Shown in pieces: positions 28,954 through 40,486 of a DNA stretch of 64,000 bases. The notes beneath the pieces are model-generated. The model searched no databases. It was given only the letters and a program-made list of their open reading frames with translations, and was not told the DNA's origin. The stretch lies in contig OZ244869.1 in NCBI GenBank assembly GCA_965221155.1, positions 1,541,308-1,605,307 of the forward strand. Direction: 5' to 3'. Each line of letters opens with the position of its first letter. The first letter of the stretch is position 1. Source of the stretch: an uncultured Candidatus Binatia bacterium (GTDB lineage: Bacteria; Desulfobacterota; Binatia; UBA9968; JAJDTQ01). The position numbers and the translations under genes are program-made.

Positions 28954-30243
28954 TTACGGGCTGAATGCCGAGCCCCTGCCCATGGCCCGGGCGAGCCGTG
29001 CCTCGGCGACCTTGTGGTCATAGATGGACCGAATATGGTCCGTCTGAGCCCTGCTGTTGATCACCTGCGCCTCGGTAATCTCGATGATCGAGCCGACCCC
29101 TACCTGATAGCGGCCGTTGGCCAACTCCAGGTTTTCCTTTGCTGATTTCTTCTGCGCCTCGTTGGCCTTGATCCGCTCACCCGCCTCCACGAGATTCAGA
29201 TAGCTTTCCTCCACCTCCAGGGCGATGCGTTGCCGTTGCTCTTCTTGTTGAGCCTGGAGGACCGCGTAATCGCGGACGTGTCTCTCGATCTCGGGCTTGA
29301 GGGTCAAGCCCGGAAACAAAGGAACTTCCAGGGTCAACAGCGAGCTGAGGATATCCTGGTCGTTGTGCCAGCGCCGGCCGTATTGCCCGTCGAAGCGGAG
29401 TCTCGGCATGCGACCCCGTTTGACCACTTCGATGGCCTCCTGCTGGGCTTTGAGGCGGGACTGGAACTCCTTGATCTCCGTGCGTGCTTCGAACGCGTCT
29501 TTCACCGCTTCATCGAGTGTCAGCGTGGAGGCATGGACATTCACGCCCGTCGCCACCGCACGCTCCGGGAAGACGGCCACGCCCATGGCGCCCTTGAGCC
29601 GCGCCCACGCGATCCTGACGCCGTTCTGGGCGGCGATGAGCCCCGCCTTGGCGGCGAAAAGGCCTGCCTCCGCCCGGGCGACGTCGATCTTGGGCCGCGT
29701 CCCGACGTCAAAAAACCCCTGGGCCTGACGCACCAGGGTCTCGCGGTCCTTGACCGTATCCTGTTCCACCCGCACCAGCGCCTCGGCCCTGAGGTAGTTG
29801 AAGAAGGCCAGCCGTACCGCGAACACTACGCCCTCCACCGAGGTCTGCTCGGAGAAACGCCGGGCTTCCAGCGTGTCTGCCTCCCGGCGGATGGTGCCCT
29901 CACGGCGGCCGAAATCGCTTATGAGCCAGTTCACCTGGCCGCTTGTGTTGAAAAGGTTCTTGTCCGCGTTGGCGTTCTCGGTGGCGGGCTTGTTCTCGTA
30001 CGAACCGCGGACCCCGGCCGTGGGATAGTAGCCGGCCTTGGCTCTCGACAGCACCGCCTCCTGCACCTTGATCCTTTCATTGGCGGCGCGGATACCCGGA
30101 TGCTTCTCCAGCGCGATGCGTTCGGCCTGCTGTAGCGTCAGCATTCCCGGCGCTGACTGTTGACCATGGGCGGCAGGGATCATCCACAGCAGCACGAGTG
30201 CTCCGATCCCCAGTACCGCGGTGCAGTTTTTGCGGCATCGCAT
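28954..30243 (-). CDS. TolC-family outer membrane efflux protein
   Basis: signal peptide; OEP tandem repeats (LTLQQAERIALEKHPGIRAANERIKVQEAVL...); start taken at MRCRK. Confidence 0.8.
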   Translation of the reverse strand: MRCRKNCTAVLGIGALVLLWMIPAAHGQQSAPGMLTLQQAERIALEKHPGIRAANERIKVQEAVLSRAKAGYYPTAGVRGSYENKPATENANADKNLFNTSGQVNWLISDFGRREGTIRREADTLEARRFSEQTSVEGVVFAVRLAFFNYLRAEALVRVEQDTVKDRETLVRQAQGFFDVGTRPKIDVARAEAGLFAAKAGLIAAQNGVRIAWARLKGAMGVAVFPERAVATGVNVHASTLTLDEAVKDAFEARTEIKEFQSRLKAQQEAIEVVKRGRMPRLRFDGQYGRRWHNDQDILSSLLTLEVPLFPGLTLKPEIERHVRDYAVLQAQQEEQRQRIALEVEESYLNLVEAGERIKANEAQKKSAKENLELANGRYQVGVGSIIEITEAQVINSRAQTDHIRSIYDHKVAEARLARAMGRGSAFSP

Positions 30244-30531
30244 AACAACCTCCTTGTGGCGCGTCTCCTCGCGCAACCTTCCAATCCGGAATGTCCAATC
30301 GATTTCCATATCCGCGTTCTATATCAGCGCCGCCCCGTTCAACAAGTGGAAAGCGCAACCCACGGCCGGTCCGCGCCTCGTGCACTTCGATGGCGTCGAG
30401 CAGGAAACCACCCGGCAAAACATCACGCAAAAAATATGCCACCGTACCCCCTGACTTTTGCGAGCGGTGGCGTTACACGTGGGTTTCATGTCTGATAAAT
30501 TTATGCTGACTGCTGGAGAATCGGAGCCCCG

Positions 30532-31308
30532 TTGGATGCACTGACGGACAAGGTCGCGCTGGTCACGGGCGCGGGAAGCGGTATCGGCCGGGCCGTGGCC
30601 TTGGCGCTGGCCCGGGAGGGATGCCGGATGGTTTTGGCGGGGCGGAGGAGGGATCCCCTCGAGCGGGTGGCGGAGGAGGTGCTCGGGTACGGACGCCAAG
30701 CCTTCCCCGTCGTTTGTGACGTCGGTTCCCGGGAGGCCGTCGACGCGCTCGGGAAGAGCGCGGCCCGGGTGGGCGTGGTGCAGGTCCTCGTCAACAGCGC
30801 GGGCATTGCCCCGGCGGCGAGCTTTCTGGAGATGGAGGATGCGCTGCTGGAAGAGGTGATGCGGGTGAACTTTCTGGGAACCTATTATTGTTGCAAGCGG
30901 TTTCTGGAGCCCATGATTGAAATGCGCTGGGGCCGCGTCATCAATATCGCCTCCACCACGGCCAGGACCGCGTACCCTTACACCGCCGCCTACACCGCCT
31001 CCAAGCACGCGGTCCTGGGACTCACGAAGGTCATGGCCCTGGAGACCGCGCGGAAGGGAATCACCGTCAACGCAGTCTGCCCCGGATACGTGGATACGGA
31101 GCTCACCCGGGAGAACGCACGGCGCATGGCCGCCAGGGTCGGCGGCACCACGCCGGCGGTGCTTGAGCGCTTTGCCCGTACCTCGCCGCAACAGCGGCTG
31201 ATGGCGGCGGACGAGGTTGCGGAGGTGGCGGTGTTGCTGGCGGGCCCGGCGGGCGATTCCATTACCGGCCAGGGCATCAACGTTGACGGCGGCGCCGTCA
31301 TGTCCTGA
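30532..31308 (+). CDS. SDR family oxidoreductase (3-hydroxyacyl-CoA / 3-oxoacyl reductase-like)
   Basis: VALVTGAGSGIGRAVAL, NSAG, YTASKHAV motifs; TTG start. Confidence 0.85.
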   Translation: MDALTDKVALVTGAGSGIGRAVALALAREGCRMVLAGRRRDPLERVAEEVLGYGRQAFPVVCDVGSREAVDALGKSAARVGVVQVLVNSAGIAPAASFLEMEDALLEEVMRVNFLGTYYCCKRFLEPMIEMRWGRVINIASTTARTAYPYTAAYTASKHAVLGLTKVMALETARKGITVNAVCPGYVDTELTRENARRMAARVGGTTPAVLERFARTSPQQRLMAADEVAEVAVLLAGPAGDSITGQGINVDGGAVMS

Positions 31309-31344
31309 CCGGCGCAGGACATTGTTCCAGGTCGGCGCGGCGCG

Positions 31345-31376
31345 TGTAGGGGCGGGTTTCAAACCCGCCCGTGCCC
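31345..31376. repeat. REP-like palindromic element, family A
   Basis: TGTAGGGGCGGGTTTCAAACCCGCCCGTGCCC between the SDR and enoyl-CoA hydratase genes. Confidence 0.7.
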
Positions 31377-31399
31377 ATACGGCGCAACAGGACGGTAAC

Positions 31400-32194
31400 A
31401 TGGCATACGACAGTTTCGACTATGCTCTGGAGGGTGGCATTGCCACCATCCGCCTCAACAATCCCACGCAACTGAACGCCCTGACGTTCCGTACCTATGA
31501 GGAGTTGGCGGAGTTGACCGGCTCCCTGGCGACGGACCACCGGGTGCACGTCCTGGTCATTACCGGCGCGGGCAAGGGTTTCTCCTCCGGTGGCAGCGTC
31601 GACGACATCATCGGCGAGCTCCTGAAGATGGACGCGGCCGGGCTTTACCGCTTCACGCGGCTTACCTGCGACGTGGTGCGCAACATGCGTCTGCTGCGGA
31701 AGCCCATCATCGCCGCCGTAAACGGAATCGCGGCAGGAGCGGGCGCGGCCCTCGCCCTGGCGAGCGACTTCCGGGTTCTGTCGGACCGGGCCAGGCTGGC
31801 TTTCCTGTTCGTGAAGGTGGGCCTGGCGGGGTCGGACATGGGCGCCATCCATCTGCTGCCGCGTATTGTGGGCCTGGGGCGCGCCATGGAACTGCTGTCC
31901 CTGGGGGACCCCATCGACGCTGCGGAAGCCCACCGGATCGGCTTGGCGAACAAGGTGGTGCCTCACGACGAGTTGATGACCGAGGCGCAGCGATTGGCCC
32001 GCCGGCTCCAGGACGGACCGCGGTTCGCCATCGGGGTCACGAAAAAGCTCCTCGACCTGGAAGCGGGGATGGGCCTCGACGCCGCCCTGGAGATGGAGGC
32101 CATGACGCAGGCCCATTGCATGCAAACGGCGGACTTCCGGGAGGGCTTTCGCGCCTTTATGGAGCGGGAAGCGCCCCGATTCAATCGGGAGTAG
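31400..32194 (+). CDS. enoyl-CoA hydratase/isomerase family protein
   Basis: crotonase fold (IATIRLNNPTQLNALT...VLVITGAGKGFSSGG...AAVNGIAAGAGAALAL); start at MAYDSF. Confidence 0.85.
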   Translation: MAYDSFDYALEGGIATIRLNNPTQLNALTFRTYEELAELTGSLATDHRVHVLVITGAGKGFSSGGSVDDIIGELLKMDAAGLYRFTRLTCDVVRNMRLLRKPIIAAVNGIAAGAGAALALASDFRVLSDRARLAFLFVKVGLAGSDMGAIHLLPRIVGLGRAMELLSLGDPIDAAEAHRIGLANKVVPHDELMTEAQRLARRLQDGPRFAIGVTKKLLDLEAGMGLDAALEMEAMTQAHCMQTADFREGFRAFMEREAPRFNRE

Positions 32195-32277
32195 GCACTC
32201 TCCGACCCCCTCCCCCCTGGGAGAGGGTTGGGGTGAGGGCCTTGTTCGGGATTTGAGGACGGGACGCCACGGGTTGG

Positions 32278-33450
32278 ATGACGGGAACCATGGACAGCGA
32301 CTTCCGGACGGGACACAGCGAGGACGGTTTGCCCGCGCCGCACCTTCGTTTGCAGCGGGCGTTGGCCGCGTGGGTGGAGGCGGAGTTGGGCACGCCCGAG
32401 GCGGCCGGCGACGAGGGCGCGGTGGCGGTGTTCCGGAAGCTCGCCGGGCGCGGGGTTTTCCGCTATGCCGCGCCACGCGGGTTCGGGGGCGTGCGCCGCC
32501 GCGTGCAGGCCCGGGACCTGTGCGTCATCCGCGAGACCCTGGCGGGCGTGTCCCCTCTGGCGGACACTCTGTTCGCGGTGCAGGCGCTTGCCGCCTATCC
32601 GCTGGTGATGGCGGGAACGCCGAGCCAGCAGCGCAAGTATCTGCCGCGACTGGCCGCGGGCCGGGACATGGGAGCGTTCGCCCTGACCGAGCCGGATGCC
32701 GGATCGGACCCGGCCGCCGCCAGGCTGCGGGCGCGCAAGCGGGGCGGGACCTACGTGCTCGACGGCGTCAAGAGCCTTATCTCCAACGCCGGTCTGGCCC
32801 ATCTCTACGTGGTATTCGGCAGCACCCATCCGGCGCGCGGGGGCAACGGCCTTGGCGCTTTCCTCGTGGAGGCGGCGACTCCGGGCGTGGCCGTCACGGA
32901 GCGCCTTGACCTGATCTCGCCGCATCCCATCGGCACCGTGGCTTTCACAGACTGCCGGATCCCCGAGACCCAACTCCTGGGCAATGCCGGACAGGGACTG
33001 GGGATCGCGCTGGCGACGCTGGAAGCACTCCGTTGCAGCGTCGGGGCCGCGGCCGTCGGCATGGCCGGCCGTGCGCTGGCGGAAGCGGTTCGCCACGCGC
33101 AAAGCCGGAGCCAGTTCGGCCGGACCCTCAGCCGCTTCCAGGCCATCCGGTTCAAGATCGCGGACATGGCCACGGAGCTCGAGGCGGCGCGCCTGCTGGT
33201 GTACCAGGCCGCGCAGGCCCACGACCGGGGCGATACCGGCATGGCGCGGAAGTCCTCCATGGCCAAGCTGTTCGCCACCGAGGCGGCCCAGCGCATCGTG
33301 GACCAGGCCTTGCAAATTCACGGGGGCCGGGGACTGGTGGCAGGTAGCGTTACCGAACGGCTCTACCGTGACATACGGGCGTTACGCATCTACGAGGGCA
33401 CCTCGGAGATCCAGAAGCTCATCATTGCGCGCGACCTGTTAGGTGGGTAA
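32278..33450 (+). CDS. acyl-CoA dehydrogenase
   Basis: ACAD N/M/C domains (FALTEPDAGSDPAA..., C-terminal IYEGTSEIQKLIIARDLLG). Confidence 0.85.
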   Translation: MTGTMDSDFRTGHSEDGLPAPHLRLQRALAAWVEAELGTPEAAGDEGAVAVFRKLAGRGVFRYAAPRGFGGVRRRVQARDLCVIRETLAGVSPLADTLFAVQALAAYPLVMAGTPSQQRKYLPRLAAGRDMGAFALTEPDAGSDPAAARLRARKRGGTYVLDGVKSLISNAGLAHLYVVFGSTHPARGGNGLGAFLVEAATPGVAVTERLDLISPHPIGTVAFTDCRIPETQLLGNAGQGLGIALATLEALRCSVGAAAVGMAGRALAEAVRHAQSRSQFGRTLSRFQAIRFKIADMATELEAARLLVYQAAQAHDRGDTGMARKSSMAKLFATEAAQRIVDQALQIHGGRGLVAGSVTERLYRDIRALRIYEGTSEIQKLIIARDLLGG

Positions 33451-33478
33451 TAATCTCCGTTTCCCCACCGGAGGATTC

Positions 33479-34648
33479 ATGGATTTCGATCTGTCGGATG
33501 AGCTGCTTGCGGTAAGGGAACTGGGCCGCGAGTTCGCGGAGAAAGAGATCGCGCCGACGGCGGCGGCGGATGACCGCGACCATCATTTTCGGCGGGAGAC
33601 TTTCGAAAAGATGGGGCAGTTGGGCTTCTTCGGCTGCGTCGTTCCCGAGAGCTACGGTGGCACGGGCCTCGGCTATCTGGCCATGGTGCTGCTCACGGAG
33701 GAGATCGCGCGGGTGCACAGCTCGGTTCGGGTGCACGTCAACACCCAGCTTGCGCCCGCGGTGGCGCTGGCCCGGTTCGGCACGGAGGAGCAGAAACACC
33801 GCTGGATCCCGGGGCTGGTGGATGCTTCGCGCATCGGCTGTTTTGCCATCACCGAGCCGGACTCGGGTTCCGACGTGGCTTCGATGTCCACCCGTGCCGC
33901 CCGGACGGACGACGGCTACGTCCTCAACGGCACCAAGACCTGGATTTCCAACGCGCCCATCGCCGACTTGGCGCTGGTCTACGCCGTCACGGACCGGGAC
34001 GCCGGGCACCGCGGCCTGTCCGCCTTCGTGGTGGAGCTGGACCGCCCCGGCGTTCGCCGCGGCACCCTGGACAAGATGGGCGCGCTGGCGTCGCCCACCG
34101 GGACGCTGGATTTCGACGGCGTGGCGGTGCCGGCGGATCACCGCATCGGAGCCGAGGGGCAGGGCTTTGCCATGTGCATGTGGCAGCTCAACCAGACGCG
34201 TTTGAGCTGCGCGGCCGGAGCCCTGGGGGTGGCCCGAGCATCGCGGGAGGCGGCCGTGGCCTATGCCAACCAGCGTGAACAGTTCGGCCAAAAGATCGGA
34301 CGCTTCCAGATGATTCAGGACAGCCTGGCCCAGATGATCGTGGAGGAAGAGTCGGCGCGTCTGCTGGTGTACCGGGCGGCTCATCTCGCGGACCGCCAAC
34401 AACCCAACAACCTGGAGGTGTCCATGGCGAAATACGCCGCCGCCGAGGCGGCAGCGCACGCCGCCGACGGCGCTTTCAAGATCCTGGGGGCCTACGGATA
34501 TTCCACGGAGTTCCCGGTGGAGCGTTACCTGCGGGACGCGAAGTCCTATCAGATCGTCGAGGGCTCCTCGAACATCCACAAACTGATCATTGCGCAGGAC
34601 GCGTTGGGGTACCGGAAGGCCAACCGTCAGCGTGAGGCACCACACTAG
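33479..34648 (+). CDS. acyl-CoA dehydrogenase
   Basis: ACAD motifs (FAITEPDSGSDVAS..., QIVEGSSNIHKLIIAQDALG); GGAGG RBS before ATG at 33479. Confidence 0.85.
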   Translation: MDFDLSDELLAVRELGREFAEKEIAPTAAADDRDHHFRRETFEKMGQLGFFGCVVPESYGGTGLGYLAMVLLTEEIARVHSSVRVHVNTQLAPAVALARFGTEEQKHRWIPGLVDASRIGCFAITEPDSGSDVASMSTRAARTDDGYVLNGTKTWISNAPIADLALVYAVTDRDAGHRGLSAFVVELDRPGVRRGTLDKMGALASPTGTLDFDGVAVPADHRIGAEGQGFAMCMWQLNQTRLSCAAGALGVARASREAAVAYANQREQFGQKIGRFQMIQDSLAQMIVEEESARLLVYRAAHLADRQQPNNLEVSMAKYAAAEAAAHAADGAFKILGAYGYSTEFPVERYLRDAKSYQIVEGSSNIHKLIIAQDALGYRKANRQREAPH

Positions 34649-34678
34649 GAGCCTGCGCCGCAGGAACCCGGCATCCGA

Positions 34679-34732
34679 TGTAGGGGCGGGTTTCAAACCC
34701 GCCCGTGCCCGCACGGCGCTGCCGGCCGATAC
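34679..34732. repeat. REP-like element, family A, extended form
   Basis: TGTAGGGGCGGGTTTCAAACCCGCCCGTGCCCGCACGGCGCTGCCGGCCGATAC; the 3' extension is shared with the copy at 57418. Confidence 0.75.
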
Positions 34733-34832
34733 AGGCTCCTGGTGCTCTGTTCGATGCTGTACCCTTTAGATCACCAGGTTACCCGCTTTTTCGGTTTTTT
34801 ATCACCACGTTATGTATTAGTATTATTCCCGA

Positions 34833-37481
34833 GTGATTGATCCCGTGTCCATGTCTGCGGCAATGTCTCATCCACCATCCCGCAAGTCCCGTGTCGGGTA
34901 CCGGCTCGGCGGCGCACTCGTGTTCCTGTCGCTTATGTTGGCCCCGGGTGTGCCATGGGCCGCGGACCCGGCCCTTCCCAAGCAGGACGGGCCGCCGTCG
35001 GCAGCGGCGGGGGTGGATATCCGTGAACAGCGCGTGACCAAGCGGATCGTCAGCGGCGACACCCTTCCCCGGCTACTGATGGATCTGGGGGTATCCGCGG
35101 CCGACAGCAGTCGCTGGCTCCGGGCGGTGGCGAAACAAGTCGGCGTGGCCAACGTCCTGAGGGTGGGAGACACGGTCCACTTCCACTTCATCGCACCGTG
35201 GAACGCTCCCGGTCCCGGGCACATGACGGCCCTTCAAATCGAGCGCGCCGGCCCGAAACCGTTAATCTGGCAGTTGCGCGCCGACCAGATCGTCTACCAC
35301 AGGGACAGTCCCATGGCTTCCGTGGCGAAGCGCGTGGCGCCTTCGGCCGAGGCCGGACCTCCGGTAGCCCCGCAGGGCCAGGCCGCGAAGAAGAAGACCT
35401 CGACGGAAGTTGCCCCCGCGGTGGAGCAGGTGACCCACGTGCTCCGGAAGGGAGAAACTCTCGGCGGCGTGCTGCGCGCCAAGGGAGTTTCCGGGAAGGC
35501 GTCGCAGCCCTGGATTCGGGTCATCGAAAAACGGTATCCGCTGAGACGGTTGTATCCGGGCAAGAAGATCGTCCTCTATTTCGTGGCTTCCCAAGGCGGC
35601 GGCCGAAGAACCCTGCGGGCGCTGCAGATCGAATCGAGGCGCGGGGATCTCCTGACGTGGCAATGGATCGATGGACGGATCAAATACCGGGGCAGAAATC
35701 ATCGGGTAGTGGTGGGCAAAGTCGTAACCGCGCCCACGCCCGCGCCGGTAAAGACCCCGGCTGCCACCGGCGCGCCGGTCGCCACGCCCAAGTCACTGGC
35801 GCCTACACGGTCCTTCGAACCGCTGGAAAAGGTCATACGCACCGTGAGCCGGGGCCAGACCCTGGTTCGCATCCTCAGGCCTCTGGGCGTCTCCGGGAAG
35901 GAAGGCGAAGCGTGGTTTGACGCCATCGACAAACAGTATCCTGTCACCAGACTCAAGCCGGGCCAACGCCTGCATCTGTATTTTGACAGGACTCCCGCAA
36001 GACACCGCCGGGACAACCTCAAAGCCGTCGAGCTCGAGGTGAAGAAGAACCGAAAGCTGACCTGGGAGCGGGTCGGGGGCAAGGTCCGTTTCGGGAGCGG
36101 TCGGGTCCTGGGGCGTAGGCCGACGACCCGCGACGCGGTGCCTTTCCCGTCCAAGGGAGTTTCTTCGGCCGCCCGGAAGGGGACTTTCCTGTCCGAGTAC
36201 GCGTTGGCCCGGATCAAGCAGCGAAACGGGTTGCTGGAATACACGCCGCCGCCGCCGAATGGAACGACCAACGGCAATCGGCCGGTGCCGTCATTCGAGG
36301 GCGCCGAACGGGTGACGCACAGGCTGAAATCCGGAGAACATCTGTGGGGCGTGCTCAGAAAGTATGAACTGGACGGCGAGGAGAGGCGCCGGTGGCTCGT
36401 CGCCCTCCAGCGGTACAAATACGTGCGCAGGCTCCGGGCCGGCAGCGACATCAACTTCTATTTCAAATCGCATGGAAACGGCAACGGCGCGGCTGAACCC
36501 AACGGCACCGGGAACCTCCAGGCGTTGGAGATCGTGCTTCGTTCGGACTTGCGGCTCACCTGGTATCGCGTCAAACAGGACGTCCGGTTCTACAAGGATG
36601 AGGTGCCCTACCAGCAGGAGGTGCGGACCGTAAGCGGCGTGATCACCGAAGGGTCGCTCTACGGCAGCGCCAAGAGCGCGGGCGTTGACGTCGCCGTCAT
36701 CTCCCGCATGGTGGACATTCTCGGCTGGGACATCAACTTCCAGAAAGACCTGCGCCCCGACGACACCTATCGCGTGCTCTACCGGAGGAAATTTCGCCCC
36801 GGCAGCACGGCGTCGGACCAGGTCCACATACTGGCCGCGGAGTTCGTGAACAAGGGGCGTACGTACACAGTGGTCTATTTCGAGAGCGACGACGGCAACG
36901 GTCACTACTACAATGACGGCGGCGGCTCGGTGTCGCGGTCGTTTCTGCGCTATCCCGTTGAATTCAGGCGTATCAGCTCACGTTTCTCGTTGCGCCGCTT
37001 CCACCCCGTTCTGAAGGTGCGGCGGCCGCACTACGGCGTGGATTTCGCGGCACGAACAGGTACGCCGGTACGGGCCGTGGGCGATGGGCGCATCACCCGC
37101 GCGGGGTGGAAAGGCGGCTACGGCCGGTTGGTGGAGGTCAGCCACGGGGGAGCCATGAAGACGCGGTATGCGCATCTGAGGCGCTATGGGCCCGGGATCC
37201 GGCGCGGCGTGTCCGTGGAGAAGGGTCAGACCATCGGCTACGTGGGTTGTTCCGGCCTATGCACGGGTTCGCACCTTCATTTCGAGATGTGGCAAGACAA
37301 CCGGTACGTGGACCCGTTAAAGGCCAACGTCCCGGTCGAACGGCAGCTCGATCCCTTGTTGATGGGGATCTTCGAGGCCACCAGGGAGTTGTTCTTCGGC
37401 CGATTGGACGCCGACCGCAAGACCGCGGGGTTGCCCTCACCCGTGTCCGGTCCGATTGAAGTGGACACTCGTGGCCTGTAA
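34833..37481 (+). CDS. M23 family peptidoglycan metalloendopeptidase with four tandem OapA/LysM-like repeats
   Basis: C-terminal LytM domain (HYGVDFAARTGTPVRAVGDG...GCSGLCTGSHLHFEM); four ~110-aa N-terminal repeats (V-x3-G-x-TL...GVS...W...YP..RL..G....YF ... LxALxI ... LTW). Confidence 0.8.
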   Translation: MIDPVSMSAAMSHPPSRKSRVGYRLGGALVFLSLMLAPGVPWAADPALPKQDGPPSAAAGVDIREQRVTKRIVSGDTLPRLLMDLGVSAADSSRWLRAVAKQVGVANVLRVGDTVHFHFIAPWNAPGPGHMTALQIERAGPKPLIWQLRADQIVYHRDSPMASVAKRVAPSAEAGPPVAPQGQAAKKKTSTEVAPAVEQVTHVLRKGETLGGVLRAKGVSGKASQPWIRVIEKRYPLRRLYPGKKIVLYFVASQGGGRRTLRALQIESRRGDLLTWQWIDGRIKYRGRNHRVVVGKVVTAPTPAPVKTPAATGAPVATPKSLAPTRSFEPLEKVIRTVSRGQTLVRILRPLGVSGKEGEAWFDAIDKQYPVTRLKPGQRLHLYFDRTPARHRRDNLKAVELEVKKNRKLTWERVGGKVRFGSGRVLGRRPTTRDAVPFPSKGVSSAARKGTFLSEYALARIKQRNGLLEYTPPPPNGTTNGNRPVPSFEGAERVTHRLKSGEHLWGVLRKYELDGEERRRWLVALQRYKYVRRLRAGSDINFYFKSHGNGNGAAEPNGTGNLQALEIVLRSDLRLTWYRVKQDVRFYKDEVPYQQEVRTVSGVITEGSLYGSAKSAGVDVAVISRMVDILGWDINFQKDLRPDDTYRVLYRRKFRPGSTASDQVHILAAEFVNKGRTYTVVYFESDDGNGHYYNDGGGSVSRSFLRYPVEFRRISSRFSLRRFHPVLKVRRPHYGVDFAARTGTPVRAVGDGRITRAGWKGGYGRLVEVSHGGAMKTRYAHLRRYGPGIRRGVSVEKGQTIGYVGCSGLCTGSHLHFEMWQDNRYVDPLKANVPVERQLDPLLMGIFEATRELFFGRLDADRKTAGLPSPVSGPIEVDTRGL

Positions 37482-37505
37482 CAGGCCACGAAACCTGTAT
37501 GACCG

Positions 37506-38174
37506 GTGCCGCTAAAGAAATCGTCCCAGCCGCCGAAGGAGATTATTCGTAGGACGGTGTCGATCTTGCGAGTCTTCGTCGGCGTCCCCGTAGGGGCGGC
37601 CGTGGCCGCGCGGATTTCGGCCGTCCGCAACGAGCTCGTCGATGAGGCGGTTCGCTGGGTACCGGCGGAAAACCTCCATCTGACTCTGAAATTTGTGGGC
37701 AACGTCGAAGAGGCCCAGCTTGTTTCCATGCGTGCGGCCTTGCTGGAGGCTCTGGCCGGCACCGCGGGGTTCGGCGTCACCGCCAGGGGCCTCGGGGTCT
37801 TTCCGGACGCCCGCCGTCCGCGAGTCCTGTGGGTCGGACTGGCGGCCCCGGAGCTCGCGCAGGTGGCGGGGCGGGTGGACCGGGCGCTGGAGCCGTTGGG
37901 CGTCGAGCGGGCGTCGACGCCGTTTCGCCCGCATGCGACCATCGGACGCTGGCGGCGCCCTGAGCCCGGGGCCGTACGCCTTAGGGAAGAGCTGACCCGC
38001 TGGCGAGATCGCGAGTTCGGCGAGTTCCGGATGGATGCGGTGACTCTTTTCCGGAGCACGCTTCGACCGGCTGGAGCTACGTATTCCCCGTTGGAGGTCT
38101 TTCGGCTGGAGGCCGGCCGGAGTCGTCCGACCGCAGCGGGAGGACACGAGACCGAAAATTCGAGAACGCACTAA
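37506..38174 (+). CDS. thpR: RNA 2',3'-cyclic phosphodiesterase (2H phosphoesterase, LigT/ThpR)
   Basis: two H-x-T/S-x motifs (HLTLKFVG and HATIGRW). Confidence 0.65.
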   Translation: MPLKKSSQPPKEIIRRTVSILRVFVGVPVGAAVAARISAVRNELVDEAVRWVPAENLHLTLKFVGNVEEAQLVSMRAALLEALAGTAGFGVTARGLGVFPDARRPRVLWVGLAAPELAQVAGRVDRALEPLGVERASTPFRPHATIGRWRRPEPGAVRLREELTRWRDREFGEFRMDAVTLFRSTLRPAGATYSPLEVFRLEAGRSRPTAAGGHETENSRTH

Positions 38175-38183
38175 GGAGACCTC

Positions 38184-39230
<1,047 letters not shown>

Positions 39231-39298
39231 GCCGTCTGCCCGGTAGCATCCTCTTGAATTACCGGTTCTGTATTCTACAACTCAAATAGGAGGGCTCT

Positions 39299-40486
39299 AT
39301 GTATCTCACCGAAGAATGCTGGACTACCGCCTCCAATGACCTGGAATTCCGACAGTTTCGTCTTGGCATGGAGTGGACGAGACGCTTGCGTACCATTGCC
39401 GGGGCCACGCTGGCCTTATCTGTTCTGCTTCTGCCCGTACATGCGGTGGCGGAACGTATTGACCGCAACTTCAAGCCGATGGCGACCCAAGGCAGGAAGA
39501 CGCCCGCGGTGCCTCTGGCGGATCTCAAGATCTCCAAGGGCGAACTCGCGGTGCAAATCAGCTACAATGAGCGACTGGAGACGTTGACGGTCCAGCCCCC
39601 GGGAAAGGGACCGTTCCCGCTGGCGGTGATTTCTCACGGTGTGCCGACCAGGGGCGGTAATGCAGCCAGAAAGAGGTTGACGCTCCGCCACTACCTAGGG
39701 GTTGCCGAGGACCTGGCCAGGCGTGGATACAAGGCCGTCATCTTCGCAAGGCGCGGCTACGCGTCATCCACCGGCAAGGCATCGGAAGGATATGGTGGCT
39801 GCTCGAACGCCAATAAATGGTCCTTCACCGAGGCTGCCGAGGCTGGGGCCAGGGACTACGCCGCCGTCATCGAAGCTTTGGTCGAGCAGCCGGATGTCGA
39901 CGGCAAGACCGTGATTGTCGCGGGTCAATCGGGAGGAGGATTTGCAGCCAGCGCGCTTGCCATGGATGCACCCGCAGGGCTGATAGGAATCCTCAACTTC
40001 TCGGGTGGCCGCGGGGGCGCCAAGGAAGGCGGCAACTGCAGCGAGGATGGATATGTCGGGGCCTTCGGGAACTTCGGGGCGAACGCCAAGGTGCCGGCGC
40101 TGTGGCTGTACTCCACCAAGGACAAGCTGTTCTCGCCCGAGTTGGTGGACAGCGCCCTGGACGCTTATGCAGCCAACGGGGCGCCCGTGCGCCTCGATCG
40201 GTTTGGGAGACTGTGGTACTCATCCAACGGGCATGCCCTTTATCGTGCAGGCGGTCGCGAGTTGTGGGGTCCGGCCGTCACCGCGTTCCTGAATGATATC
40301 GGAGCTCCGAACTGGGCGGAACCCCCCATGGATGCAAACGTGGGAGAAATTGGAGGCACCCTGGCGACTCGGCAGACGCGGGGGGCGGTCGTGGCTGGCG
40401 TATCTGGCTCGTTCACGACACAAGGCGTATGCCTACGACGAGGAAACTGGGGCTTACGGCTGGGCCAGCGTAAGGGACACCGTTGA
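39299..40486 (+). CDS. alpha/beta hydrolase (dienelactone hydrolase-like)
   Basis: signal-like N-terminus; nucleophile elbow GQSGG; the C-terminal ~30 aa may be out of frame relative to a DUF4189-like segment. Confidence 0.6.
   Translation: MYLTEECWTTASNDLEFRQFRLGMEWTRRLRTIAGATLALSVLLLPVHAVAERIDRNFKPMATQGRKTPAVPLADLKISKGELAVQISYNERLETLTVQPPGKGPFPLAVISHGVPTRGGNAARKRLTLRHYLGVAEDLARRGYKAVIFARRGYASSTGKASEGYGGCSNANKWSFTEAAEAGARDYAAVIEALVEQPDVDGKTVIVAGQSGGGFAASALAMDAPAGLIGILNFSGGRGGAKEGGNCSEDGYVGAFGNFGANAKVPALWLYSTKDKLFSPELVDSALDAYAANGAPVRLDRFGRLWYSSNGHALYRAGGRELWGPAVTAFLNDIGAPNWAEPPMDANVGEIGGTLATRQTRGAVVAGVSGSFTTQGVCLRRGNWGLRLGQRKGHR

Noticed and set aside
39231-39298. Possible terminator hairpin after recA (CCGGTA...TACCGG)
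   Set aside because: Only a 6-bp stem with a long loop and no U-tract, which is too weak to call.
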